From an uncultured Candidatus Saccharibacteria bacterium (GTDB lineage Bacteria; Patescibacteriota; Minisyncoccia; Phycocordibacterales; Phycocordibacteraceae), in the NCBI GenBank assembly GCA_964634305.1, contig CAZWLE010000001.1, positions 1,128 to 65,127 of the forward strand: a stretch of 64,000 nucleotides of DNA. Direction: 5' to 3'. A model generated the notes under the pieces. The model made no database searches. It saw only the letters and a program-made list of their open reading frames with translations, and was not told where the DNA came from. Shown piece after piece: positions 9,371-18,042 of this stretch. A program made the translations under genes and the position numbers. How positions within the stretch are numbered: the stretch's first letter is position 1; each line of letters begins with the position of its first letter.

Positions 9371-10396
9371 ATGGCCCACCAGTCCCTCTATCGCACGTAT
9401 CGCCCTCAGAAATTCTCCGACGTAGCGGGGCAGCCGGAAGTCGTAACTGTCCTCACCGAGCAGATAAAGGAGAAGACGGTTGCGCACGCATACTTGTTTG
9501 CGGGGTCGCGTGGTCTTGGTAAGACCTCAGTAGCTCGTATCTTCGCTAAAGAATTGGGCGTCACCGATAAAGACCTGTACGAAATAGATGCAGCCTCTAA
9601 TAACAGCGTCGATGGTATCCGTGACCTTACGGAAAACGTACTCACGCTTCCCTTTGAATCTCCCTACAAATGCTATTTGCTTGACGAAGCGCACATGCTC
9701 TCAAAAGGCGCGTGGAATGCGTTCCTGAAGACACTTGAAGAACCACCTGCGTACGCGCTCTTTATTCTTGCAACGACAGAACTCGATAAGGTGCCTGAGA
9801 CGGTACAGAGTCGCTGCCAAGTCTTTGAGTTTAAAAAGCCAACGCGTGACGGCCTTGCCACGGTTGTTGAGAAAATAGCTAAGAAGGAAGGATACGTGCT
9901 TGAAGCGGGAGTAGCTGACCTGGTCGCTTTACTTGCCGACGGGTCGTATCGCGACGCGCTCTCTATACTCGAGAAACTCTTCTCTGTCGCACATGATAAG
10001 ACCGTAAGTCGCGCAGAAGCAGAGAAGGCGACAGGAGCGCCAAAACAGGCACTCGTCATTACCCTTCTGTCTGCGCTTTCTGAAGGGAAGGCCGATGGCG
10101 CACTCATGGCAATACGCAAGGCTGCTGACGGCGGCGTTGATATGCGTCTCTACCTCTCGTTGGTGCTCGACGCGATGCGTTCTGTGCTTCTTCTTCGCCA
10201 CGCGCCAGAGCTCGCAAAAGAGATTGAAGCTGAGTCAGGTGAAGCCTTTACTGAACTGTCTGCGCTTGCAAAGGGAACCGGTATCACGCACGAGACCTTG
10301 AAACGGTTCCTTGATGCGGCAGCACGTGTACGTTACTCCCCTGTTCCCGCGCTCCCGCTCGAGTTAGCAACACTAGAAAGTATTGGACATGGCTAA
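9371..10396 (+). CDS. dnaX: DNA polymerase III gamma/tau subunit, short form (clamp-loader AAA+ only)
   Basis: YRPQKFSDVAGQ, Walker A GSRGLGKTS, Walker B LLDEAHML and SRC motif. Only 341 aa, so the tau C-terminal domains are absent. Confidence 0.85.
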   Translation: MAHQSLYRTYRPQKFSDVAGQPEVVTVLTEQIKEKTVAHAYLFAGSRGLGKTSVARIFAKELGVTDKDLYEIDAASNNSVDGIRDLTENVLTLPFESPYKCYLLDEAHMLSKGAWNAFLKTLEEPPAYALFILATTELDKVPETVQSRCQVFEFKKPTRDGLATVVEKIAKKEGYVLEAGVADLVALLADGSYRDALSILEKLFSVAHDKTVSRAEAEKATGAPKQALVITLLSALSEGKADGALMAIRKAADGGVDMRLYLSLVLDAMRSVLLLRHAPELAKEIEAESGEAFTELSALAKGTGITHETLKRFLDAAARVRYSPVPALPLELATLESIGHG

Positions 10397-11297
10397 GGTG
10401 GTTAGAGCGGTACGGCTACTCGCAGCGACAGTGTTCGCGGGCGTGTCGCTTTTTGCGCTCTACACCCTTGCAGCGCCGCATCTCGCTCCTCCGTGTGAAC
10501 AGCCTATTGAGTATGTAATAGGTGAGGTCGATGCACGTTTTGGTATTTCTGAGGCAACGTTGCGTACCAGTCTCCAGAATGCGGCTGCAGTATGGAATGA
10601 AGCGGCGGGACGCGTTGTGGTAACCGCCTCCGATGATGGAAAGGGTATGCCGGTACATCTTTTGTATGGCGACGAACAACGTGCCGCACAGTTAGGTAAC
10701 ACGATTGATGCGGAGCAAGCTGCGTACGACGCCAAGAAGGCAGAGCTAGCGGACATGAAAGAGACGTTCGCTTCATTGCGACGTTCGTATGTTGCACAAC
10801 AGAATGCGTACGAACGTGAGCTTGACGCGTATGAAGCAGATATCCGCTATTGGAATGAACGGGGCGGCGCACCACCTGCGGAATATCAAGAACTACAACA
10901 GCGCTCTCGAGACCTTGATAGAGACCGTGATGCATTAAACGCTGACGCAGATGAGGTCAGTGCGTACTCTGCACGTATTAATACTGAGGTGGAGGAGTTG
11001 AACGCGCTGGCTCGGAAAATAAACGCGAAAGTGAATGTGTATAACGAAAGTGCCGGTGATGACTTCGACCAGGGAAACTTTGTATCCGACCGGGATGGTA
11101 AGCGCATCTATATCTATGAATACACTGACCGTGCAGATTTAGAGCGTGTGCTTGCTCATGAGTTTGGGCACGCGTTAGGGATTGGGCACGTCGAGAACCC
11201 AAACTCAATTATGTATTCCTTTAACATCGGCGAAGGACTCGACCTTACGGAAGAAGACCAGCTTGCGCTTACGAGCGCGTGCCGCCTTGATAAGTAA
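10389..11297 (+). CDS. Secreted/anchored zinc metalloprotease, metzincin (matrixin/M10-like)
   Basis: HEFGHALGIGH zinc-binding motif followed by a Met-turn (SIMY), an N-terminal TM/signal segment and a central coiled-coil-like region. Its ATG overlaps the dnaX stop. Confidence 0.6.
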   Translation: MAKVVRAVRLLAATVFAGVSLFALYTLAAPHLAPPCEQPIEYVIGEVDARFGISEATLRTSLQNAAAVWNEAAGRVVVTASDDGKGMPVHLLYGDEQRAAQLGNTIDAEQAAYDAKKAELADMKETFASLRRSYVAQQNAYERELDAYEADIRYWNERGGAPPAEYQELQQRSRDLDRDRDALNADADEVSAYSARINTEVEELNALARKINAKVNVYNESAGDDFDQGNFVSDRDGKRIYIYEYTDRADLERVLAHEFGHALGIGHVENPNSIMYSFNIGEGLDLTEEDQLALTSACRLDK

Positions 11298-11323
11298 GGC
11301 GTCACAGGGCACGATAGGCTCAT

Positions 11324-11394
11324 TGGGAGATCGTCTAATGGTAGGACAGCGGCCTTTGAAGCCGTGAATCTTGGTTCGATTCCAAGTCTCCCAG
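11324..11394 (+). tRNA. tRNA-Gln(TTG)
   Basis: Cloverleaf with acceptor TGGGAGA/TCTCCCA, anticodon loop CUUUGAA, T-loop GGTTCGATTCC and no encoded CCA. Confidence 0.8.
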
Positions 11395-11480
11395 CTAATT
11401 TACGTGAAGTTCGATATCTAGGCTCAAAGAATCTAATCAGCGATGGAAATATTCTGAAGCGCAGACGGAGGCCGATGCGC

Positions 11481-12194
11481 TTATAACCCAAGCGATTTCA
11501 AAAACGTCTCCAGTTCTTTACCTTCAATCTTTCGTACAGCGCCAGGTGGAAGTTTCCCGAGCATAATGTTCATCACTCGTACGCGTTTGAGCGTTTCTAC
11601 GTCGTTATGCATAGCGACGACCATGCGACGTATCTGGTGCCGCTTACCTTCCGTGAGAATAATGGAAAAGGTGCGCTCACCCATAATCTGCACCTTGGCA
11701 GGCTTAGTCATATCATCCTCGATACGAACCCCCTTCTCCATATGCTCTTTAAAGTTTGCACGAAGGGGACGTGAAGTACGCACGACATACTCTTTCTCGT
11801 GTGCACGATTTGGGTTCAGGAGGCGGTCAGTGATGCGACCGTCATTCGTGAGAATGAGTAGACCACTTGAATCCTTATCAAGGCGACCGACTGGGAACAA
11901 TCCTTTCAGTTCTGGTTCATCCTCAATGAGCATAGATATATCCTCTTCATTCTCTACGGCAGAGTGCGTCACGATGCTGCGTGGTTTGTGATAGGCGTAA
12001 TAGACGCGGGTTGCTGCTTTCTTGTCTTTGCCGCGTACCTCAACCTCGTCCGTCTCCATGACCTTATCGCCAAGTGTGGCGAGGCGGCCGTTTATGAATA
12101 CCCGTCCCCCCTCAATAAGCGTGTCCGCTTCACGCCTCGTGGCCACGCCCTTTGAGGCGAGGTATTTATTGATGCGCATCGGATATTCGTCCAT
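11481..12194 (-). CDS. rRNA pseudouridine synthase, RsuA/RluB family (S4 plus PseudoU_synth_2)
   Basis: N-terminal S4 domain (RINKYLASKGVATRREAD) and catalytic motif GRLDKDSSGLLILTNDG. Confidence 0.75.
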   Translation of the reverse strand: MDEYPMRINKYLASKGVATRREADTLIEGGRVFINGRLATLGDKVMETDEVEVRGKDKKAATRVYYAYHKPRSIVTHSAVENEEDISMLIEDEPELKGLFPVGRLDKDSSGLLILTNDGRITDRLLNPNRAHEKEYVVRTSRPLRANFKEHMEKGVRIEDDMTKPAKVQIMGERTFSIILTEGKRHQIRRMVVAMHNDVETLKRVRVMNIMLGKLPPGAVRKIEGKELETFLKSLGL

Positions 12195-12248
12195 AAAGCG
12201 ACTATAGCAGGGCTTTTCGTTCCGCGCTTACCACGCTACGGTGAGAGT

Positions 12249-12491
12249 ATGTACTTCGTGTACCTCATAGAGTGCGCCGATAAGAGTATTTACACCGGCG
12301 TTACGACCGATGTCGCACGACGCTTTGAAGAACATAAGAGTGGAAAGGGTGCGCACTACACGCGTGCACGCAAACCAGTTCGTATTCTCTATAGCGAACC
12401 GCAACCAGACCGCAGTAGCGCGCAAAAACGGGAAGCGCTCATAAAGTCATGGTCTCGAGCGCAAAAGCTCGCATTCCTGAAGAATAGTTGA
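12249..12491 (+). CDS. Stand-alone GIY-YIG domain protein (80 aa, YhbQ/UPF0213-like)
   Basis: YFVYLIECADKSIYTGVTTDVARRFEEH matches the GIY-YIG core. Confidence 0.6.
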   Translation: MYFVYLIECADKSIYTGVTTDVARRFEEHKSGKGAHYTRARKPVRILYSEPQPDRSSAQKREALIKSWSRAQKLAFLKNS

Positions 12492-12525
12492 TTTTTACAG
12501 GAGATATGACATAATCAGCACCACT

Positions 12526-12945
12526 ATGCCTGACTATCAGAATCCTCGTTTCAAAAAGCCCTTCCGCAAGGGTCCCCCTATGCGCCGTGACTCACGCGAT
12601 ATGGGTCCTAAAAAGCTCTACAAGGCCGACTGTGCCAACTGTGGGAATGTAACCGAAGTGCCCTTCCGTCCAAACGGCATGAAGCCGGTCTACTGTCGTG
12701 ACTGCTTTAAGCGCGACGATGAACCAATGCGTCCTCGCGATACCCGCACGTTCCATCGTGAGAAGCCTTCGTTCAACACTCGTCCTGTCGCTCCTGCTGC
12801 TGACCCTCGTATTGATGCGCTTGCTCGCCAGCTTGCTGCCGTTGAAGCAAAGCTTGATGGTCTTACGGCACTTATCGAAGATCTTTCGGTAGTTCCGGCG
12901 CCAAAAGCAGCACCTAAAAAGCGCGCAACCAAAAAGAAAGCGTAG
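12526..12945 (+). CDS. CxxC...CxxC zinc-ribbon protein with a basic, low-complexity C-terminus
   Basis: CANCGN...CRDC, a four-cysteine ribbon, then a Pro/Ala/Lys-rich tail. Function unknown. Confidence 0.4.
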   Translation: MPDYQNPRFKKPFRKGPPMRRDSRDMGPKKLYKADCANCGNVTEVPFRPNGMKPVYCRDCFKRDDEPMRPRDTRTFHREKPSFNTRPVAPAADPRIDALARQLAAVEAKLDGLTALIEDLSVVPAPKAAPKKRATKKKA

Positions 12946-12965
12946 GGCGTGGTAGCGTAGGAGAA

Positions 12966-14453
12966 ATGCCAGGGAAGAATACCAACGAGAGCGCCGGTGC
13001 GCCGCGCGACTTCATAGCCCGCTTCGAAGAGGTTTCCTTCGAATACGGTCATAACTACCCGATTTTGGATGCGGTGAACTTCTCTGTGCGTCGCGGTATG
13101 AAGGTGACGGTTATGGGTCAAAACGGCGCGGGGAAGTCGACGCTGTTTAAACTCATTTCTGGCGAGTATGAACCAGAACACGGCACGATAACGATTCCGC
13201 GCGGCACGTCGATTGCTATCGCGCATCAAGTCATGCCGCCGGCACTTCGTGAGAAGACTGTGCGTGAGTTTTTCGAAGCATCGTTTAGTGAGAAGGTGTA
13301 TGACATCGACCCGCGTATTGATGCGGTGCTTGAGGTCGTTAACCTCGTTGCAGCAAAAGACCGCATCATTCGCTCCTTCTCAGGTGGTCAGCAGGCACGT
13401 CTCCTGCTTGCAGGAGCGCTTATTCAAAATCCAGACCTCCTTCTTCTTGATGAGCCGACCAACAATCTTGATAAAGCAGGCATTGAGCATCTCACAACGT
13501 TCTTGAAGGCCTACGAAAAGACCGTACTGGTCATTTCCCACGATGCTGAGTTCCTCAACTCGTTCACGGACGGCATTCTCTATCTAGATGTATATACCCG
13601 TAAGGTTGAGCAGTATTTTGGCAACTACTTTGACCTTCAGAAAGAAATTCTTGCGCGTATTGAGCGTGAGAATCGAAAGAATGCGCAGTTTGCAAAGAAG
13701 ATTCAGGAGAACAAGGACAAGATTAACTACTTTGCGGCAAAGGGAGGAAAGATGCGTCTTATCGCAAAGAAGCTGCGCGATGAGGTTGAACAAATGGAAG
13801 AGGACAAAGTGGATGTGCGCCGTGAAGATAAAACTATTCGGCCATTCACCATTCCAGTACAAGACGACATTCAGGGCGACATTCTCTCTATAACGTCGTG
13901 CACCTACATGGACCCAAAGACGCACAAGCCAAAAGTCCATAAAAAGAGCCTAGCGCTCCGTAAGAACAAGCACCTTCTACTCTCGGGACCAAACGGCATA
14001 GGAAAGACGACGCTGCTTGAGGCGCTCGCTAATGGCACGGCTGAAGGTGCGTCCATACAACGCGGCATTAAAGTTGGCTACTACCGTCAGGATTTCTCAA
14101 CGCTCAATTTCAATGAGACCGTGTTTGAATCCCTTATGAGCGCAATGAAGAAGCAAAACGAAGAGCGTATGCGCTCTGTTGCTGCCGGGTTCCTTATAAC
14201 GGGAGACGTCATTGGAAAAAAGATTGGCGTATTGTCGGAAGGTCAGAAAGCACTCGTGGCATTCGCGCGCCTTATGCTCGAAGAACCAGGTCTCCTTATT
14301 CTTGATGAGCCAACCAACCACGTGAACTTCCGTCACCTGCCGGTTATTGCCAAAGCACTCGATGAATATCAGGGTGCTATGGTCCTTGTAAGTCACGTAC
14401 CAGAATTCGTCGCGGAGATTCGTATCGACGAGACCCTCGAGCTCGGAACGTAG
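12966..14453 (+). CDS. ABC-F family ATPase (tandem ABC domains, no TM domain; EttA/Uup-like)
   Basis: Two Walker A boxes (GQNGAGKST; GPNGIGKTT), two LSGGQ-like signatures (FSGGQQ; LSEGQK) and a linker between the domains. Length 495 aa. Confidence 0.8.
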   Translation: MPGKNTNESAGAPRDFIARFEEVSFEYGHNYPILDAVNFSVRRGMKVTVMGQNGAGKSTLFKLISGEYEPEHGTITIPRGTSIAIAHQVMPPALREKTVREFFEASFSEKVYDIDPRIDAVLEVVNLVAAKDRIIRSFSGGQQARLLLAGALIQNPDLLLLDEPTNNLDKAGIEHLTTFLKAYEKTVLVISHDAEFLNSFTDGILYLDVYTRKVEQYFGNYFDLQKEILARIERENRKNAQFAKKIQENKDKINYFAAKGGKMRLIAKKLRDEVEQMEEDKVDVRREDKTIRPFTIPVQDDIQGDILSITSCTYMDPKTHKPKVHKKSLALRKNKHLLLSGPNGIGKTTLLEALANGTAEGASIQRGIKVGYYRQDFSTLNFNETVFESLMSAMKKQNEERMRSVAAGFLITGDVIGKKIGVLSEGQKALVAFARLMLEEPGLLILDEPTNHVNFRHLPVIAKALDEYQGAMVLVSHVPEFVAEIRIDETLELGT

Positions 14454-14640
14454 TAGCACATCGCGCCACGTGTGGTACCGTTCTCTTACGGTCGTTCTTA
14501 CTCACCCCCTAAACCAAATCCACCATGGACGGAGACCAGAATCAGCCGACGGAGGGTGAAGTCGTTGAAACGCCTGTTGAGGCAGAAACGGCAGCCCCTG
14601 AGGCAGCACCCGAGGCGTAAGCCTCGCGAACGCGATACAC

Positions 14641-14672
14641 AAAAGGACGCTCTTCGGAGCGTCCTTTTGTGT
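14641..14672 (+). terminator. Intrinsic terminator
   Basis: AAAGGACGCTC-ttcg-GAGCGTCCTTT followed by TGTGTT. Confidence 0.5.
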
Positions 14673-14684
14673 TGAGATATACTG

Positions 14685-15227
14685 GTGGCCATGAGAATTG
14701 GGATGGGCTCGTTGAATAAGACTAAGCTTGAAGCGCTTGAGAGCGTTCTTGCTGACTATCTGCTGTTTAGAAAAGCGGAAGTGGTCGGCGTGGATGCGGT
14801 CACTGATGTTAATGGTCACCCAAAATCGTTGGAGGAAACCATTAGTGGTGCGATTGCGCGCGCTAAGAAAGCGCAGGAAGGTAATGTGTATGGATTTGGT
14901 ATTGAGGGCGGTCTTATGGCGGTGCCTTATACCAAGTCTGGCTACATGGAGGTTGCAGCCTGCGCTATTTATGACGGTGCTCAAATTCATCTTGGCCTTT
15001 CACCCGCTCTTGAATGGCCGGGAAAAGTTACGGACTGCATTGTGAACCAGGGTCTGGATGGGAGTGCAGCCATGAAAGCATGCGGTCTTGATAGTGGAGA
15101 AGGAAAATTAGGTGAGCGCGAGGGATTTATAGGCATTGTGACTAAAGGGCGTATAACACGTACGGACTACAATCGTATGGCCGTTATGATGGCGCTCACG
15201 CACCTTGAATTCCCTGAACACTACTAA
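14685..15227 (+). CDS. YjjX-family inosine/xanthosine triphosphatase (non-canonical NTPase)
   Basis: Aligns by eye to E. coli YjjX blocks (NKTKLEALESVL; EETISGAIARAKKA; EGFIGIVTKGRITRTDYNRMAVMMAL). Confidence 0.5.
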   Translation: MAMRIGMGSLNKTKLEALESVLADYLLFRKAEVVGVDAVTDVNGHPKSLEETISGAIARAKKAQEGNVYGFGIEGGLMAVPYTKSGYMEVAACAIYDGAQIHLGLSPALEWPGKVTDCIVNQGLDGSAAMKACGLDSGEGKLGEREGFIGIVTKGRITRTDYNRMAVMMALTHLEFPEHY

Positions 15228-15232
15228 TACCT

Positions 15233-15523
15233 ATGCAAGGAGACGTTGAAGACACCCAGAGAGAACTTGCACTGCTGAAAGAGCGCAATGCGCGAGTTGA
15301 AGCGGACAAGGCGTGGGAAACAAGCGTCGTACGTACCGCCTGTGTTTCTCTTCTTATTTACGGCACGGTTGTCCTCGCGCTTGTGGGAATCGGAAATGAT
15401 AATCCGTTTTTGAACGCGCTTATACCCGTGACTGGTTTTATTATCTCGCTCCAATCACTTCCGGTAGTGGAGCGAAAGTGGAAAGAGTGGTACCGTCGCA
15501 AAAAGGACGCCGCAAAGATATGA
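15233..15523 (+). CDS. Small membrane protein (2 predicted TM segments)
   Basis: Hydrophobic segments VSLLIYGTVVLALVGIG and LIPVTGFIISL. It overlaps the next gene by ATGA. Confidence 0.3.
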   Translation: MQGDVEDTQRELALLKERNARVEADKAWETSVVRTACVSLLIYGTVVLALVGIGNDNPFLNALIPVTGFIISLQSLPVVERKWKEWYRRKKDAAKI

Positions 15524-16071
15524 ACGACGAGGTCATACAGGAAGGAGAGTCGCGGACCGGGACGCACTATATTATCCGCTACCCAACCCAGGACGACCTT
15601 GAAAGTCTCTGGCGATATGCAAATCGACTCTCTCAGGAACGTACCTTTGTGCGTTTCCAAGGAGAAGAACTCACTCTTGAGCAAGAGCAAAAGGCACTTA
15701 CTACCTGGTTGGAGAATAGAGCATCAGGCGAAGCTGCTACCTTGTTTCTTATTGTCGATGGTGAAGTGCAGGGTATTGGGGGAGCTAATCGCCAATCAAG
15801 AACAGAATCACATATAGCTAGTCTCGCGCTTTCCATTGACGCTTCGGTTCGTGGCCAGGGTCTTGGTGAGACGTTGCTGCGCGCAGTGCTTGATGAGGCA
15901 AAGCGCTCAATGAAAGACCTTCGTCTCTTTGTGTTGGAATATAAAGAACCAAATACAACGGCAAAAGCGCTCTACGAGAAGCTCGGGTTCAAGGAGTACG
16001 GACAGCTTCCGGGTGGTACTCAGCAGCGTGGTGAATATGTTGATGCAGTCCTCATGTACAGAGAAGTATGA
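15520..16071 (+). CDS. GNAT-family N-acetyltransferase
   Basis: Acetyl-CoA-binding motif VRGQGLGETLL and overall GNAT fold length. The ATG at 15520 is preferred over the track's GTG at 15478. Confidence 0.6.
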   Translation: MNDEVIQEGESRTGTHYIIRYPTQDDLESLWRYANRLSQERTFVRFQGEELTLEQEQKALTTWLENRASGEAATLFLIVDGEVQGIGGANRQSRTESHIASLALSIDASVRGQGLGETLLRAVLDEAKRSMKDLRLFVLEYKEPNTTAKALYEKLGFKEYGQLPGGTQQRGEYVDAVLMYREV

Positions 16072-16574
16072 AAGCAAAAGTCATTATTGTTGATGAGAAC
16101 GACGTAGAGATTGGGCTCGCGGAGAGAGATCAATGGGAAATAGGTGCTATTCACCGTGTGTCAGCGCTCTGGCTCACTAATTCAAAAGGTGAGGTACTTC
16201 TTGCAAAGCGAGCGTTAGTGAAGCGCCATCAGCCAGGTAAGTGGGGACCGGCAGCAGCAGGTACGATTGAGGAAGGAGAGACCTATGACTCGAATATTGT
16301 TAAAGAAGCCGAGGAAGAAATCGGAGTAACTCTTTCACTAGAGCAGCTGAGGAAAGGTCCAAAGATACTAAAGGGACCAGATGATAATCGTCGGTTTATT
16401 CAGTGGTACATAGGAACAGCAGAGGTGGCTCTCGAAGATTTGAAACTTCAGGACGATGAAGTATCAGAAGCACGCTGGGTGCCGCTTCCCGAGTTGCTTT
16501 CTTGGATGAAAGAACGTCCAGATGATTTTGTTAAAACCATTCAGGCAGATTTTGTCGCTCAACTATCTGTGTAG
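16068..16574 (+). CDS. NUDIX hydrolase
   Basis: Nudix box GTIEEGETYDSNIVKEAEEEIGV. Confidence 0.65.
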   Translation: MKAKVIIVDENDVEIGLAERDQWEIGAIHRVSALWLTNSKGEVLLAKRALVKRHQPGKWGPAAAGTIEEGETYDSNIVKEAEEEIGVTLSLEQLRKGPKILKGPDDNRRFIQWYIGTAEVALEDLKLQDDEVSEARWVPLPELLSWMKERPDDFVKTIQADFVAQLSV

Positions 16575-16576
16575 AT

Positions 16577-17182
16577 ATGAAGGTTCTCGTTGCTACGAAT
16601 AACAAAGGGAAGCTTGAGCGCTATCGAAAGCTTCTACGAGGCACCGACATCACACTTCTTTCTCCAGGAGAGCTTGGTATTACTGCAGTAGACGTTGATG
16701 AGACTGGTGAGACGCTTGCCGAGAACGCGCTTCTTAAAGCACGTGCGTATCTTGGAACCGTTGATTTCCCTATTCTCGCAAATGATACCGGGGTATGGGT
16801 TCAGGGTGAGGGCATGGTAACTACACCAAAACGTTCGGGTCTTGCGGGAGCTGATGAGAGAACCCTCTCTGAAGAGGAAATGGCCACAACTGTTAAAGAT
16901 TTTTGGAAAGGGATAGCGCACAAGTATGGCGGCGAAGTTGATGCGGCGTGGCCGGAAGTATTCGCGCTTATTATGCCAGACGGTACAGAGCGCACCGTTG
17001 AATCGCGTCGTGAGATTATCCTTACCGATAGAGAGTTTGGTCCGTTGCATCTAACGATGCCGCTTCGACCACTCTATATATCAAAAATGACTGGCAAACC
17101 GGCTATTCAGCATACGCTCGAAGAGGAGGATTATGAACTCACGCCAGTACGTGAGGCGCTTCTGTCATTGCTCCATGATTAA
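16577..17182 (+). CDS. rdgB: RdgB/Ham1-family non-canonical purine NTP pyrophosphatase
   Basis: KVLVATNNKGKLERYRKLL N-terminal motif and DETGETLAENALLKA substrate-binding motif. Confidence 0.75.
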   Translation: MKVLVATNNKGKLERYRKLLRGTDITLLSPGELGITAVDVDETGETLAENALLKARAYLGTVDFPILANDTGVWVQGEGMVTTPKRSGLAGADERTLSEEEMATTVKDFWKGIAHKYGGEVDAAWPEVFALIMPDGTERTVESRREIILTDREFGPLHLTMPLRPLYISKMTGKPAIQHTLEEEDYELTPVREALLSLLHD

Positions 17183-17768
17183 AGCGATACTATTCGACCT
17201 CGACGGCGTGGTAATGGTTGGCCGCGAGAAATACTACAGTGTTCGCTACGCGGAAGAACACGACGTGCCCATTGAGCACGTGAATGAGTTTTTCCTTGGC
17301 CCATTTCGCAAGTGTGTATTTGGCTCCTGTGACCTTAAAGAAGAAATTGAACCATTTCTATCAAAATGGAAATGGACAGGAACTACTGAGGAGTTTCTCG
17401 ATAAATGGTTTGCTGCAGAATCTAAAGTAGACGAGACGGTGCTTGCGACAATCGATGCACTACGTGCAAAAGGATACCGATGCTATATCGCTAGTCGTCA
17501 GGAAAAGTATCGACTTGCCTATCTTCTCGATACCGTGGGACTCCGTGCGCATTTTGACGGATACTTCTCTACCTGTGACATTGGATTTGATAAGCATGAA
17601 CCAGCGTACTGGCATTATGTACGTGCCGAGCTTGGTGTAGCTCCTGAGGAAATACTCTTCTTGGACGATGCTCAGAAGAACATCGACTATGCACGGTCGA
17701 TAGGTGTCGATGCCCACTTCTACGACGGACGCGCGGTACTAGAGCGCGAATTAGCCAAGCTCACGTAA
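17175..17768 (+). CDS. HAD-superfamily hydrolase (phosphatase-like)
   Basis: Motif I (IKAILFDLDGVV) lies immediately after the preferred ATG, and motif IV (FLDDAQKNID) is present. The track start at 17133 overlaps rdgB. Confidence 0.6.
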   Translation: MIKAILFDLDGVVMVGREKYYSVRYAEEHDVPIEHVNEFFLGPFRKCVFGSCDLKEEIEPFLSKWKWTGTTEEFLDKWFAAESKVDETVLATIDALRAKGYRCYIASRQEKYRLAYLLDTVGLRAHFDGYFSTCDIGFDKHEPAYWHYVRAELGVAPEEILFLDDAQKNIDYARSIGVDAHFYDGRAVLERELAKLT

Positions 17769-17782
17769 GATATACTCCCGAT

Positions 17783-18040
17783 ATGACGGCAGATATTGAA
17801 TCTAAGCAACTTCGGGAACTTCGCGAGATAAGTGATGACATTGAGGTTTTGCGAGAGCAGTCAAAGCCACATGCCTCGTTTGTGCGCGGCATCTTTCATG
17901 GTGCCGGCGCAGTGCTGGGTGGTGTCATCGCGCTTGCGCTCCTTGGATTCTTGCTCGGTGTGCTGGGACTCATCCCGGGATTCGATAAGTTTGAATCGTA
18001 CATGGGCTCTCTCGTACAAGCATTTGAGCACCGCTACTAG
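17783..18040 (+). CDS. Small membrane protein
   Basis: C-terminal hydrophobic stretch GAVLGGVIALALLGFLLGVLGLIPG. Confidence 0.3.
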   Translation: MTADIESKQLRELREISDDIEVLREQSKPHASFVRGIFHGAGAVLGGVIALALLGFLLGVLGLIPGFDKFESYMGSLVQAFEHRY

Positions 18041-18042
18041 CC

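Noticed and set aside
9673-10119. 148-aa minus-strand ORF
   Set aside because: Antisense to dnaX.
11395-11480. GAATCTAATC near tRNA-Gln as a third copy of the GAGGTTCTAATC repeat
   Set aside because: Only a 7-mer (TCTAATC) is shared, which is within chance expectation.
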